The notes under the pieces: model-generated
Database searches by the model: none
What the model was told of the DNA's origin: nothing
Seen by the model: only the letters and a program-made list of their open reading frames with translations
NCBI GenBank assembly: GCA_964016885.1
Contig: OZ024748.1
Location: 42,098,001-42,162,000, forward strand
Source of the DNA: Eledone cirrhosa
Taxonomy: Eukaryota
Reading direction: 5' to 3'
DNA: 64,000 nucleotides
Made by a program: the position numbers and the translations under genes
Shown: one piece after another, positions 43,331 to 56,385 of the stretch
Numbering within the stretch: position 1 is the first letter of the stretch
Layout of the letters: every line of letters starts with the position of its first letter

Positions 43331-43929
43331 AAGTCTTTGAGGTAAATCAAGATATTCATGACATTACCACAACTGATAGCAAGACTAAGGTGCTGGAATA
43401 GCCAAGCACTCTCATATGAGCATCATCTGATACTTCAGTAATGTGAGCCTCCAATGATGTTAAAATCTTTGTCAGCAGCCCAGCTCCTCCGAATGGAATT
43501 TACTGATAAATCACAGTATTTCTGCAGTTTATTCCATTTGGCTATGGATGCAGAGACCCCTTCCCCCCCGGGAGCTTCCAAATGAACTTTCTAATGAGTC
43601 AAAAGACATTTTCTGGATATGTCACCAAATGACATATACAATATAGTGAAGATAGGGAACTCTGGTGAATCTCTAGAATTTTGGTGACAGTCAAGCTCAC
43701 ACTAGAAGCAAATTAACATCCCCAATCAATGTTTCACATGTAGAGAAGTATATAAGCTATAGCTTATACTTGTCTCAGTACTGAGTGTTACCAATGATGG
43801 ATAACAATCCCTTAACACTAGTGTCGAGCATTCTCGTACTGCTACGGATTGTGACATGATCACAGATATAGCTGGGACATGATCAAGCTTAAAATATTCA
43901 TAGTGAAACCCTTGTATGTTTATTATATA

Positions 43930-44120
43930 AGGACGGTGGATTGGCAGTATCGGTAGAGGGTTGGACGCCATGCTTTGACACACAGAGTTACGGCCCTTTC
44001 CATTCTGAGTTCAAATCCCGCCGAGGTTAACTTTGCCTTTCATCCTTACGGGGTCAATAAAATAAAGTACCAGTAATGCACTGGGTAATTACTGGCCTTG
44101 TGCCAAAAGTAGAAACAATT
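43930..44120 (+). mobile_element. tRNA-derived SINE, family A (other copies at 44835-45047, 45283-45470, 53258-53445, 58365-58580)
   Basis: Full A-box/B-box head, body and tail. Confidence 0.88.
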
Positions 44121-44419
44121 ATATATGAATATATTATGTCTTTATATTCACCTGTTATATTTCACAGTAATACTGTAACAAAAAGCTATATTTTATAATT
44201 CTACTTCCAGGTAGCTATTTTAGAACATATCATATATACATATATATATATTTAATTATATAATAAACAACACAATATAATTATTCCATTACCCAAGGTT
44301 TTGCGAAGTTAGACGACTCTAACAGAAACATCTGTTTTGTGCCTTCATATATACCTGTGTTATATTTCACATTATTTCATATTGTAACAAAAAGCTATAT
44401 TTTATAATTCTACTTTCAG

Positions 44420-44538
44420 GTAGCTATTTTAGCAGCCACTTTATAATGGGTGGTGAGAGGTTTGATATGACTCAACCAGAAGCTTACTTATTTGGTGAAA
44501 ATCAAGATTTAAACTTTCTGGGAAACAAACCAATTCCT
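44420..44538 (+). CDS. MGRN1: MGRN1-like exon 2
   Basis: ttcag|(G)SYFSSHFIMGGERFDMTQPEAYLFGENQDLNFLGNKPIP|gtaagt; frame consistent with exon 1. Confidence 0.95.
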
Positions 44539-44731
44539 GTAAGTATAAAACTACATCAGTTAATCATCATTATCACCACGGGTCAGGCAGTCATCCACGT
44601 CGAGAGACAAGTCTGGCCAGAATTGAGCACGCCATATCTTGCTCTGACGGGACTATAATTTTGGTCTGGGTTTTTACAGTTGGATATATATATATATATA
44701 TATATATATACTTAGGGTAGTAGAGTGGGTA

Positions 44732-44792
44732 ATAGGAACGAGTAGGACCCCGATGACTTGAGCTCAGCCGTCGGGGTCCTACTCGTTCCTAT
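44732..44792. repeat. 22-bp perfect inverted repeat (hairpin) derived from the Penelope-like terminal repeat
   Basis: ataggaacgagtaggaccccga / tcggggtcctactcgttcctat with a 17-nt loop; sequence matches 19912-19960. Confidence 0.85.
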
Positions 44793-46764
44793 ATATATAT
44801 ATATATATTTAATATTATTTAGATGGCTAGGGCTGTGGATTGGCAGTATCGGTAGAGTGTCGAACAACATGCTTTATGGCATATAGTTACATCCCTTTAT
44901 GTTCTGAGTTCAAATCCTGTCGAGGTTAGCTTTGCCTTTCATCCTTACAGGGGTCGATAAAATAAAGTACCAGTAACCTACTAGGGTCGATTTAATCAAT
45001 TTCCCCTCCCCTAAAATTGTTGGCCTTGTGTCTAAATCAGAAACCAATATATATCATCATTGTTTAACATTTGTTTTGCTTAGGTTGGACGGGTTGTCAC
45101 GCTGTGAAGAGTGGAGTCAGGTGACCACGTTTTGTTCATATATTCTGTTTTGGGCTTGGTTTTCTATGATTGAATAGCTTTTCTTTCTAATGTTAACCAC
45201 ATTACAATGAGTACTTCTGAGAATTACATGCACACACATATATAATCTTCCTGAATAGCATTATATAGACAATTGTCTATAAGGGCGGTGGATTGGCAGT
45301 ATCGGTAGAGGGTCGGACGCCATGCTTTCCAGCATAGTTACGTCTCTTTACAATCTGAGTTCAAATCCCGACGAGGTTGACTTTGCCTTTTATCCTTACG
45401 GGGTCGATAAAATAAAGTACCAGTAATGAACTGGGTAATTGCTGGCCTTGTGCCTAAAGTAGAAACAATTATATAGACAATTGTTGTTACAGCTCACACC
45501 TATGTAGGTTTAGCTGGCCTCTCACAAGGTTGTAGGTCATAGAAGGTTTCTTGGGTGTTTTAATAATGTTGTTATAGCTCATATCTATATAGGTATAGCT
45601 GGTCTCTTACAATGTTGAATCTCATAGGAGGTTTCTCTGCTATCTTAATAATAGAGAGCCGTGTCCTACATGTTGTTACAGCTCATATCTATGTAGGTTT
45701 AGCTGGCCTCCTACGAAGTTGCTTCCCATAAGGTTTCTTGGGTGTTTTAATGATAGGGGCCATAGTCCTATCATGTTAACAGCTCATCCCTATGTTGCTT
45801 GCCTCCTACAAGGTTGAATTATAGGTTTCTTGAGTGTTTTAACAATATGGGCCGTAGATCACATCTCTATAGCTTTGGCTCGTTTCCTATGAGGTTGCAT
45901 ATCATAGGAGATTTCTCTGGTGTTTTAATGGTAGGGGCGCCAGTCTTATCATGAAATACTACACCCTCTGGACTGGATAGCTGGGTTAAATTACTAGATC
46001 AGGTGGTACATTGTCTTTGAGCAAGACACTTCATTTCATATTTCTGCAGTCCACTCAGTCTAGCTGAGGCTGTATTGAAAGTAAAATCAATAGAGGGAAC
46101 TCAAGTAATCCCAATCTGTTAATGTTGACTCTTGTCTACAGAATAACCCCTATCTAATCAATGACCCTTACCTAAACAATAACCCCTATCTAAGGAAAAA
46201 AACAAACAAATTAGAGTGTGGGTGTGGACTACTGAGATATCGTTAATTGAAGGGTGTAGGTGTGGACTAATGAGATATGGGTAATTGAATTGTGTTGTTG
46301 ATTTCTTGAAAATTAATATTTAATGAGAAGCTGGAGACAATGAGAGAATTTCTGAAAAATGAAAGTTTAAAGGAAGAAAGATTGAGAAAAATACTTAACA
46401 ATGAAGTTTTGAGACATTGTGTGGTTATAAGGAGAGAAATGGGGAGGTATGTTTAAATGTGATTAGTCTAGAACAAAAGGAGGGTGGGAAGTTGAAGAAA
46501 TATCACAGTTATAGTGACTATAGAAGTGGCTGAGGAAATACTTAATATGTGAGATATAACTGTTGTTTTAGGTTATAGTGGAGAAGTTGGTATCATTGAT
46601 ATCTTTTATATTATAGAGAAGTTGGTATCATTGATATCTTTTAGATTATAGAGAAGTTGGTATCATTGATGATTTATATTATATTATATAGCAGAGAAGT
46701 TGGTATAATTGATATCTTTTATATTATAGAGGAGAAGTTGGTATCATTGATGTTTTATATTATA

Positions 46765-48115
46765 CTAGCAGTGGTACCCGGCGTTGCACGGGATAAGATA
46801 TTGTGAAATATATAACCGCTTTAGCTAAGCTTAGTATTGCCACAACCACGGCTGGCAAAGAAGTAAGGGTCTGGTAGTACGTAAGTAAACAACACTGTGG
46901 CTTAAAACGGGAGGAAGAAGTTGTATGCACTTACCGACTGTTTGGGGAATGAGTGTGAGATTTGTCTTGAGCAAGGGTGGCAAAATAACCGGAGGCAGCA
47001 GACAGCCAGACATACAGACAGATATTATAAGGGCGCGTTCTGGACACAGAGCGAATTGTAGGAAGTGGCGTAATGCAGGCAGCCAGACATACAGACAGAT
47101 ATTATAAGGGCGTGACGTTATATGTATGTATCTATCTAAAAAGAGAAAGACTAAGAATTATAGAGAGAGATCACTAAATCGCCTAATGCGGTCCCTAGGG
47201 CATTGAAAATTTGAAATTTTTTTTGCTCAGAACACTCTCTAAAACATAAGTATTACATGTGTAAAGTTTGAAAACAGTCGGTTGGGTGCTTCTCTAGTTT
47301 TAGGGATTCAAACTCACACACACACACAGACAGACACATGCGTTAATTACTTATAGCTTTCCTTCCCCTCTTCCAACGTCTCTCTCTCTCCCGCTATCCC
47401 CCTCTTTTAGTCTGTTTCTTTCACTCTCACTCTTTCTCTTTATAACTTACATTAATACTAAAGAGTTAAGGTATTGTTCTCAAAATAAATATTAAATCTA
47501 TGAGGTTTTTATATTATGTGAGATAAAGCCTTTACCATGACAATAATATAGTATATATAGAGTAATGTAAATGCTAAAGGGTTAATTCGATCAGACCATG
47601 TGAGAGAGTTTATAATCACTTACGCACACATACACACTCATGCATGCAAACGCACACAAACTCACACACACGCAATAGTTATTCCACTGTCATGTAACTT
47701 TGACGCATACAACTCTCAAAAGACAGTGTCTGTCACTCTCTCTCTCTCCCGCTATCCCCCTCTTTTAGTCTGTCTGTTTCTTTCACTCTTTCTCTCTGTA
47801 ACTCGTTCACATTTCTCCCCTCTATCGAAAAACGCTGTGACGAATGGGGAGAAGGAGGAGGAGGAGTAGAGAGCCACTTCTTCACTTCACCTCTCCGTTT
47901 CTTTCTCTCCCCTCTCACTCCCTCATTATGTACAGACATTGGCCACTTCACTAATTCGATCCCTAGGTCAGAATAATTTGAAATTTTTTGGGGCTCAAAA
48001 CACTTCCGGGGCCATACAGGTTACATGTGTAAAGTTTGAAAAAAAACGGTTGGGTCTTCTCGAGTTTTAGGGAAACAGACACACAGACAGACATCCTCTG
48101 TTTTATATATAGAGA
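46765..48115 (-). mobile_element. Non-autonomous Helitron
   Basis: Minus strand starts TC(TCTATATATAAAA) and ends with hairpin cccgtgcaacgccggg plus CTAG. Inserted between A and T with no TSD; internal duplication and a piggyBac-MITE end. Confidence 0.85.
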
Positions 48116-49362
48116 TTATATAGTAGAGAAGTTGGTATCATTGATATCTTTTAGATTATAGCAGAGAAGTTAGTATCATTGATGTCTTTTAGATTATAGC
48201 AGAGAAGTTAGTATCATTGATATCTTTTAGATTATAGTAGAGAAGTTGGTATCATTGATATCTTTTAGATTATAGCAGAGAAGTTGGTATCATTGATATC
48301 TTTTAGATTATAGTAGAGAAGTTGGTATCATTGATATCTTTTAGATTATAGCAGAGAAGTTAGTATCATTGATATCTTTTAGATTATAGCAGAGAAGTTG
48401 GTATCATTGATATCTTTTAGATTATAGCAGAGAAGTTAGTATCATTGATATCTTTTAGATTATAGCAGAGAAGTTGGTATCATTGATATCTTTTAGATTA
48501 TAGTAGAGAAGTTGGTATCATTGATATCTTTTAGATTATAGTAGAGAAGTTGGTATCATTGATATCTTTTAGATTATAGTAGAGAAGTTGGTATCATTGA
48601 TATCTTTTAGATTATAGTAGAGAAGTTGGTATCATTGATATCTTTTAGATTATAGCAGAGAAGTTGGTATCATTGATATCTTTTAGATTATAGCAGAGAA
48701 GTTAGTATCATTGATATCTTTTAGATTATAGTAGAGAAGTTGGTATCATTGATATCTTTTAGATTATAGTAGAGAAGTTGGTATCATTGATATCTTTTAG
48801 ATTATAGTAGAGAAGTTGGTATCATTGATATCTTTTAGATTATAGTAGAGAAGTTGGTATCATTGATATCTTTTAGATTATAGCAGAGAAGTTGGTATCA
48901 TTGATATCTTTTAGATTATAGTAGAGAAGTTGGTATCATTGATATCTTTTAGATTATAGTAGAGAAGTTGGTATCATTGATATCTTTTAGATTATAGCAG
49001 AGAAGTTGGTATCATTGATGTCTTTTAGATTATAGCAGAGAAGTTGGTATCATTGATGTCTTTTAGATTATAGCAGAGAAGTTGGTATCATTGATATCTT
49101 TTAGATTATAGTAGAGAAGTTGGTATCATTGATATCTTTTAGATTATAGCAGAGAAGTTGGTATCATTGATATCTTTTAGATTATAGTAGAGAAGTTGGT
49201 ATCATTGATGTCTTTTAGATTATAGCAGAGAAGTTGGTATCATTGATGTCTTTTAGATTATAGCAGAGAAGTTGGTATCATTGATATCTTTTAGATTATA
49301 GTAGAGAAGTTGGTATCATTGATATCTTTTAGATTATAGCAGAGAAGTTGGTATCATTGATA
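48116..49362. repeat. 38-bp minisatellite, about 33 copies (plus about 5 degenerate units at 46578-46764)
   Basis: Unit tagagaagttggtatcattgatatcttttagattatag. Confidence 0.97.
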
Positions 49363-50984
49363 GAGCCGTCTTTGTCCATGGTTGTTCCTATGTGTTACTA
49401 ACTACTGGTGTTGTAGTAGTTCACCATATCTACTTGGTTTATAGGCTGTGCCATTTTATCTACCAAAATACTTGCTATAAAGCCAATTTGGCTCTCAGCA
49501 TCTCTCTTAATAAAGACAGAAATTCTCCCAGACCACACATCTTCTCTCACCCCACTCTTATATTTTTCATTTGCCAACTTTACCAAATAGCTTCCCAACT
49601 CTCAAACAATACAGTCTATAATAATCTAATCAACATATCCACCTTGTTGTTGTTGTTTATTATCAAGATCTTCCCAGAACTGTGGCAGCGCCATATTGTC
49701 TTCACTTCCAACATTTTTCTAAAAATATATATATATTATTGATTTCTTACTTTGATTGTCAAATATTTAGGAGTCTTCTCTTTTTTCAAAAATTTATTTA
49801 TCTGCATTTCACTTTTACTTGAAGCTCTTGTATTTTTCTCTAAAAATTAAAATAAATTGGACACCAAAAATTAAACAATAGAGTTTGACCCTTAAATTGG
49901 GAACATAAAATGGAGTTATACACTTTGTCCCCCTAAATTGGGCAACAAAAACTGAACTATATACTGAGTTTGACCCATAAATTGGACTAAAAAAAACTGA
50001 CTTATCTACAGAACCCTACATAAAATTCAACTTCAGGTGATAGGGCAGGGGTTCCTTTCATTTTAACACCCTGGAATGCTCCTATAAGAAACAGCACAGC
50101 ATCCCTCCACTGTGAGCTTCAGTGATTTCAGATCAACTCTCACAACCTCCGGCCAAGTCTTTCTTGGTTTCCTTCTGTAGGTTCCTTCTCCTGGGATTTT
50201 TTGACACTTCTTCACCCACATCCATACCAGTGCAGTCTTCTCTCCTGAACACTACATCTTATTGGTCTTATACTCAGCTTTTCTCTAAGCCCATCCATGC
50301 TTTGTTCTTCACACACATTATCATTGCACATCCATTGAAACATTATTTGGAAACCTTCCAACATAATATTACATAACAAACTTAATAATGAGAAAATTAA
50401 TTATATTATTCACTCCAAATTCTTGATTATTTTCAAAGTGTCTTTCATTAAAACAATATGGTAACAAAAGCAAATACATCAATCTTTATTTCATTAAGTA
50501 CATCTGATCTGAGGAGCTTCCCATGGGAGACACGATAAAACAGATTGTTATTCAACATAACACGTACATATACACATATCTACATAAGCCTGTATATATA
50601 TAAAGCTAGCCAGGAATATAGCTGTACATTCATTCAGAGTTTTAATTTAAAGCTGTGAAATTTAACTTTACATATACAATATTACAGGTACTCTTGGGTC
50701 CCAAATAATGGGGGCTGGGAAATAGGTAATTGTATAGTGTATGTTCATAAATATGGGTTTTCTTCTAATGATTTTTTTTTTTTGTCATATATAATGTTTT
50801 TTTAATGTAAAATAAAATAGTTATTAGATTCTCCAGTTGTTGTATCAATATAAATCACTTGGAACAAAATTTCGCTGGAGATAGATAAGCAAAATTTAAT
50901 GGGGTGGGGGTGATTATTCAAAACCTGTGGATACATATACATATGTTCTGTACATATCTACATAAGCCTGTGTATATATACGTG

Positions 50985-51016
<32 letters not shown>

Positions 51017-51587
51017 AGCGTTGTGTAGGCGCCACACTAAGAAGCACCCAGTACTCACTGTAAATGAGGTTGGAGCTAGGAAGGGCATACAACTGTAGAA
51101 ATCAAGCCAAAATCAGTTCTGTGTGAGCAAGACCTGACCTGGTATTGCCTACAACAGGACAACTCGTCTAACCCATACTAGTGTGGAATAATGGACATAA
51201 AACTGTGGTGATATATATGTATATAAGTTAGCCAGAAACTTAGCTATACAACCATTTAAACAGAGTTTTCATTTAAAAGTTGTGAAATTCTCTCGCTGTA
51301 CCACACCACCATCTGACTAAGACATTTGTACCATTTAATAAAGGTAAAATTGTATAAATTTCAACCAATGTATTTATAAATGATATTACATAAGTTTCAT
51401 GAATAGACTACACATTATTTTCTGTGTCAACATAACATTTATTTATGAAAGCTAACATTGTTTTCCTCAAGAATAAATCACACTTCTCTATTTCCCTCAG
51501 CTTGTGTTAATGTAATAATAATTGTTTCTATATTTGGCACAAGGCCAGCAATTTGAAGGGGTAAGTCAACTAAATCTACCCCAGTGC

Positions 51588-51922
51588 GCTCAGACTCAGA
51601 AGCTCCCGCGTCTTGCGACGCATGAGGCAATCATAGTGTTCCACCGCGTTCGGTCACCAGCCAGTTGCACAGCGTCCCGCCATTGTCTGTTTGTCGCTCG
51701 CAGGTCCCTCTCAACTGTCTGGCGCCAGTTCATTTTGGGTCGCCCTCTCCGTCTGCTTCCCTGTGGGTTCCATTTAAGTACTTGGTTCGCCAGTCTCTCC
51801 GGGGGAAGTCTCAAAGCATGCCCAAACCAGCCCAGGCGTCGCTTGCAGATGGCAGAAGAGACTAGCTGCTGGCTGGTGCAGTTCCTGACTTCCTGGTTTG
51901 TTACATGGTCACTCCATTTAAT
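51588..51922 (-). mobile_element. RTE LINE 3' fragment nested in a family A SINE (51520-52075, minus)
   Basis: Encodes WFGHALRLPPERL...RRRGRPKMNWRQTVERDL; flanked by the 9-bp duplication ccccagtgc (51579-51587 / 51923-51931). Confidence 0.8.
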
Positions 51923-52287
51923 CCCCAGTGCATTACTGGTACTTTATTTTATCGAGCCTGTAAGGATGAAAGGTAAAGCTAACCTCAGCGGGATTTGAAC
52001 TCGGAACGTAAAGAGCCATATAAATACTGCAAAGCATTTTGTCTGACGCTCTACCGATTCTGCCAATCCACCATAATAATGATAATTATAATTTAGATAT
52101 ATGACCAAAAATGTTTTATGGGGGGCAGAGGGAAGTTAATTACTTTGGTTCATTAATTTTTAATGACTATAAATCTAGTATCTCAGTATCTGTGTATATA
52201 TATATATATATATATTTGATATATATTTATCCTTATCGAGCCCTCTTTGGATTTTAGTCTTCACATTTATTGTTATTACTATATATA

Positions 52288-52674
52288 TCATCATCATCAT
52301 CATTTCATTTTACGTCTGCTTTTCCCTGCTTGCAAGGGTGGGACTGGAACTGATTCTGGCTTGATTTCTACAGATGGATGCCCTTCCTAACACTAACCTC
52401 ATTTACAGTGAGTGCTGGGTGCTTTTTTTCCGTGGCGCCTACACGTCCACTTTACAGTGTGGGCTGGGTGCTTTTTTGCAGTGGTACTACCTCCACGACC
52501 ACTTTGCAGTGGAATGATATGGACACCAGTCCCTATCATCTCATTTCTACAGCTGAGTAAACTGGAACAATGTGAAATAAAGTGTCTTGCTCAAGGAAAC
52601 CACATCACCTGGTCTGAGAATTGAACTCACAATCTTTCGATTGCAAGGCTCTAACCACTAAGCTATGTGCCTCC
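52288..52674 (-). mobile_element. tRNA-derived SINE, family B
   Basis: Reverse complement of the 56053 copy; (cat)n tail. Confidence 0.88.
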
Positions 52675-52816
52675 ATTTAAGTTTGTTGGTTCACCACTGG
52701 ATAGAACTGGTCATTCTGTATGGTCAACCTCGATGTAATAATATGGAGAGCACTCAACGTAATGCAACTCACTCGTCTTCGTTGGTGTAGTTGGTGGTGC
52801 GAGTACGGAGTGAATT

Positions 52817-53080
52817 ATAAGATAACAAGAGGCTGGACTGGTGTAATTCCTGAAAAGGTTTATTATACTATGATGGCCGAGCGGGGTAGAAGCTGCTAAA
52901 TGTTCGGTCGCCCTCATGTCTCTGATTTTCAACCCCATGGATTTTGTCTATTATATTCCTTTGTTATATTTCGAATACCTGATGATGTCACCGGATTCAT
53001 ACTGAACCCGGTCATTGAAATGATCATAGTATAATAAACTTTTTAAGGAATTACACCAGTCCAGCCTCCTGTTATTTTAT
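52817..53080 (+). mobile_element. Penelope-like remnant with inverted arms
   Basis: 58-bp imperfect inverted repeat (52817-52874 / 53023-53080) overlapping a hammerhead motif. Confidence 0.65.
52975..53032 (+). ncRNA. Minimal type I hammerhead ribozyme motif in MGRN1-like intron 2 (sense strand)
   Basis: ATAC-CTGATGA-tgtcaccgg...ccggtcatt-GAAA-T GATC A-TA-GTAT, then AATAAA; palindromic loop 3. Confidence 0.6.
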
Positions 53081-53451
53081 ATATATATATAGTTTAGAGG
53101 TTTGATCAGTACGCTAACAGAAGTCTGATAAGCTTCTCATTCCAGAGTCGGACCCGAATGTCGCAGACCAAACCGTGAGCCGATCATTCACAAAACGAGC
53201 ATCACACCTCAATAAATATAATGAAAATTTGACACCTTGTCTATATTATTATTATTATGGATTGGCAGTATTGGTAGAGGGTCGGATGCCATGCTTTGAC
53301 GCATAGAGTTACGGCCCTTGCCATTCTGAGTTCAAATCCCGCCGAGGTTAACTTTGCCTTTCATCCCTATGGGGTCGATAAAATAAAGTACCAGTAATAC
53401 ACTAGGTAATTGCTGGCCTTGTGCCTAACGTAGAAAAAATTATTATTATTA

Positions 53452-53482
<31 letters not shown>

Positions 53483-53733
53483 TATATTATTCAAAATATA
53501 AAAAACTCCAGGGAAACTTTCTTTGTTGAGTGCTTCTAATCTATTGTAAAATTGTATTCATTGAGTAATCAACGAACCATACTAATCTTTGGTTATATAT
53601 ATATATATAATGTCCAACCCTTGCTAGCAGGGAAAGTAGATATTAAATGTTAAAATGTCAATGATGATATATATATATGTATATGTGTGTGTATATATAT
53701 ATATATAAATAACTCTGTGTGTATGTATGTATA

Positions 53734-53773
<40 letters not shown>

Positions 53774-54130
53774 ATATATACACAGACACAGGCAAACAGA
53801 GTTTATTTTAATGTTGTAGTTAAATGCTAAACTTTGAACTGACATAATCTGACCTAAATAATGAATTGTTGGTGTTTATTTTCAAACTCTAATTATGACT
53901 CATGCTGCAAAATATTTCACAATCATCATCATCATTATCATACATTCATTTATTTCCATGCTAGTATGGGTTGGATAAGAATTTATTTGAGGCAGTATTT
54001 TACAGTTGGATGCCCTTCTTGGTGTCAACTTTTTTTTTTTTTTTTTTTTTTTTTTTGTTAAATGAAATTAAAAAAATGAAATAATATAAATTTAACAATT
54101 TATGATTTTTTTTTAAATATTTAATTTCAG

Positions 54131-54219
54131 TTCCCTTATCCTTTGCCCCAAGGTAATGAACCAACAAAAACTTTGAAAAGCCTTGTTAATATTCGTAAGG
54201 ATACTTTGCGGTTTGTACG
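54131..54219 (+). CDS. MGRN1: MGRN1-like exon 3
   Basis: ttcag|FPYPLPQGNEPTKTLKSLVNIRKDTLRFVR|gtaag. Confidence 0.95.
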
Positions 54220-54832
54220 GTAAGAATTTTCTCCTCTGTAGCCCCAGAGTCTTTGCTTTCCCCCTCCTTTTCTTCTCATTTTTGGCTTTTATAGTCTTTT
54301 CTTCTACTTTCCCACACAGCCAGATCTGCCCTTCTTTATCCCTTCCCATTTGTAATGTTATTTATACAATTGTCAATAAAACCTGGAGTTAACCAAGTTA
54401 GAAAATATGTAAATAAACGCATTTTTGTGTGTATAATATTATTAGTAATATCCAGTTGGCTTGCAAGCAAGCAGTCTCATTACACCATGTGTTGAAGATG
54501 ACTACTGTCATCTTTTTTTCCAGCAGTAGCATTGTTATACACATACACACATTATTGTTGTCATACACAAACACACACAGATATGCAGACACACATAGAA
54601 AGAGTCAGGAGAACCCTTTTATCAATTATTTTCACCAAAAATGAGAATCTGATGTAAATAAAATATTACTGAATATCATGAGATATAATGTGCTTTAATT
54701 TTAGTCTCAATCTAAATCTTCTTTATATCTCGACTATATCTCCACTATATTATTTCTATATTACCACTACTATATCTCCACTATATTATCTATGTCTTCA
54801 TTATGTCACCACGTATTTTTCTATCATTTCAG

Positions 54833-54991
54833 TATCAATGATGCTGAAAAGGTTCCACTAGATTCTACTGATGCTGATCCACCATTAAATTATTTCCGTT
54901 ACAATATTGAGTTTACATTTGACTCTGATGTTAAATGTGCCATAACTATTTATTATTTTGCATTAGAAGAAATCAACAACGGACAGTTAGT
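54833..54991 (+). CDS. MGRN1: MGRN1-like exon 4
   Basis: ttcag|INDAEK...YNIEFTFDSDVKCAITIYYFALEEINNGQLV|gtaagt. Confidence 0.93.
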
Positions 54992-55214
54992 GTAAGTTGT
55001 GTTGGATTTTTATATTCTTCTCTCTCTCTTTATCTCTCGATCACAATATCGTCTCTCTCTTTTTATGGTAGGGTCTGATTTGAGGGAGATTTGACTGCTA
55101 TATCTAATTTGTCAAGCCATCCACCCTACTTTTCTTTATTCTATGTTTGATATATTTGAAGCATGTGGCCTAGTTGATAGTGTGTTGGTCACCGTTTAAG
55201 GTCCATTTTCCCAT

Positions 55215-55612
55215 GCTGGAGAGAAATGAAGCAAGTATGCTCTGTTGGATGTGCAATGTCAATGTGCGTGAACGACCAAGCATGGACGAGTTGAGTAAGA
55301 AACTGGGTATAAGAGAGATAAGTTGTGGTGTGCAGGAGAGAAGGCTGAGATGGTATGAACATGTGATGCACATGGAGGATGACTGCTGGATAAAGATAAA
55401 GAAGTGCCAAGAAATCCCAGTAGAAGGAAGACGCTGTAGAGGAAGACCACGAAAAACATGGGCGGAGGTGGTGAGAGAAAACCTCAGATCGCTGAAACTC
55501 ACAGAGGAGATGACGAAGGACCGTGACAAGTGGAGAGATGCTGTGCTGAATAGGACCCGTCCAACCCTTGCAAGCAGGGAAAAGCGGACGTAAAATGATG
55601 ATGACGATGATG
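55215..55612 (+). mobile_element. RTE LINE 3' fragment with (ATG)n tail
   Basis: Encodes RRLRWYEHVMHM...GRPRKTWAEVV...DRDKWR. Confidence 0.85.
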
Positions 55613-55680
55613 AGACAAGCTAGATTTATTTTCAGTGATTTTTTTTAACAAATAGTTTAATTTATAATTGTATTTTTCAG

Positions 55681-55798
55681 CTACCACCCTCGTGATGCTT
55701 CTATGAACTCTGAGACATATCATTACAAGAGGGGAGCAAATCAAGTCTTCTGTCAGTCAACTCATGTTATTGATCCAACTAAATTTTCAGAAGATGAA
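55681..55798 (+). CDS. MGRN1: MGRN1-like exon 5
   Basis: ttcag|YHPRDASMNSETYHYKRGANQVFCQSTHVIDPTKFSEDE|gtaagt. Confidence 0.93.
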
Positions 55799-55912
55799 GT
55801 AAGTTTTAACTATTTATTTATTTTATTTTCATCATCCTCATCATCACTTTTAACTTATTCCTTTAGTGGTTCCATTTAACTAATTCTATTTAATGTTGTC
55901 TACACATTTCAG

Positions 55913-55976
55913 TGGCAGTATAACCCAGATAAAGAAGTAATACCTGTTGTAATTCAATGTATTGTGGAAGAAGAAG
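55913..55976 (+). CDS. MGRN1: MGRN1-like exon 6
   Basis: ttcag|WQYNPDKEVIPVVIQCIVEEE(E)|gtaa. Confidence 0.92.
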
Positions 55977-56052
55977 GTAAAGAAATATCTAATTATTCTT
56001 ACATTTCTCTCTGTTTGTGGCATTATTATTTTGAAACTATATATATATATAT

Positions 56053-56385
56053 GGAGGCACATGGCTTAGTGGTTAGAGCATTGGCCTTGCAATCGAAAGG
56101 TTGTGAGTTCAATTCTCAGACCGGGTGATGTGTTGTTTCCTTGAGCAAGACACTTTATTTCACATTGCTCCAGTTTACTCAGCTGTAGAAATGAAAATGA
56201 TAGGGACTGGGGTCCATATCATTCCACTGCAAAGTGGTCGTGGAGGTGCCACGGCAAAAAAGCACCCAGCACTCACTGTAAATGAGGTTGGTGTTAGGAA
56301 GGGCATCCAGCTGTAGAAATCAAGCCAGAATCAGTTCTCGTCCCACCCTTGCAAGCAGGGAAAAGCGGACGTAAAGTGATGATGA
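56053..56385 (+). mobile_element. tRNA-derived SINE, family B
   Basis: GGAGGCACATGGCTTAGTGGTTAGAGC head, GAGTTCAATTC B-box, RTE-like tail and (GAT)n. Confidence 0.9.

Noticed and set aside
43930-44020. tRNA-like A/B boxes
   Set aside because: These are SINE heads with no full cloverleaf, and they continue into repeat bodies.
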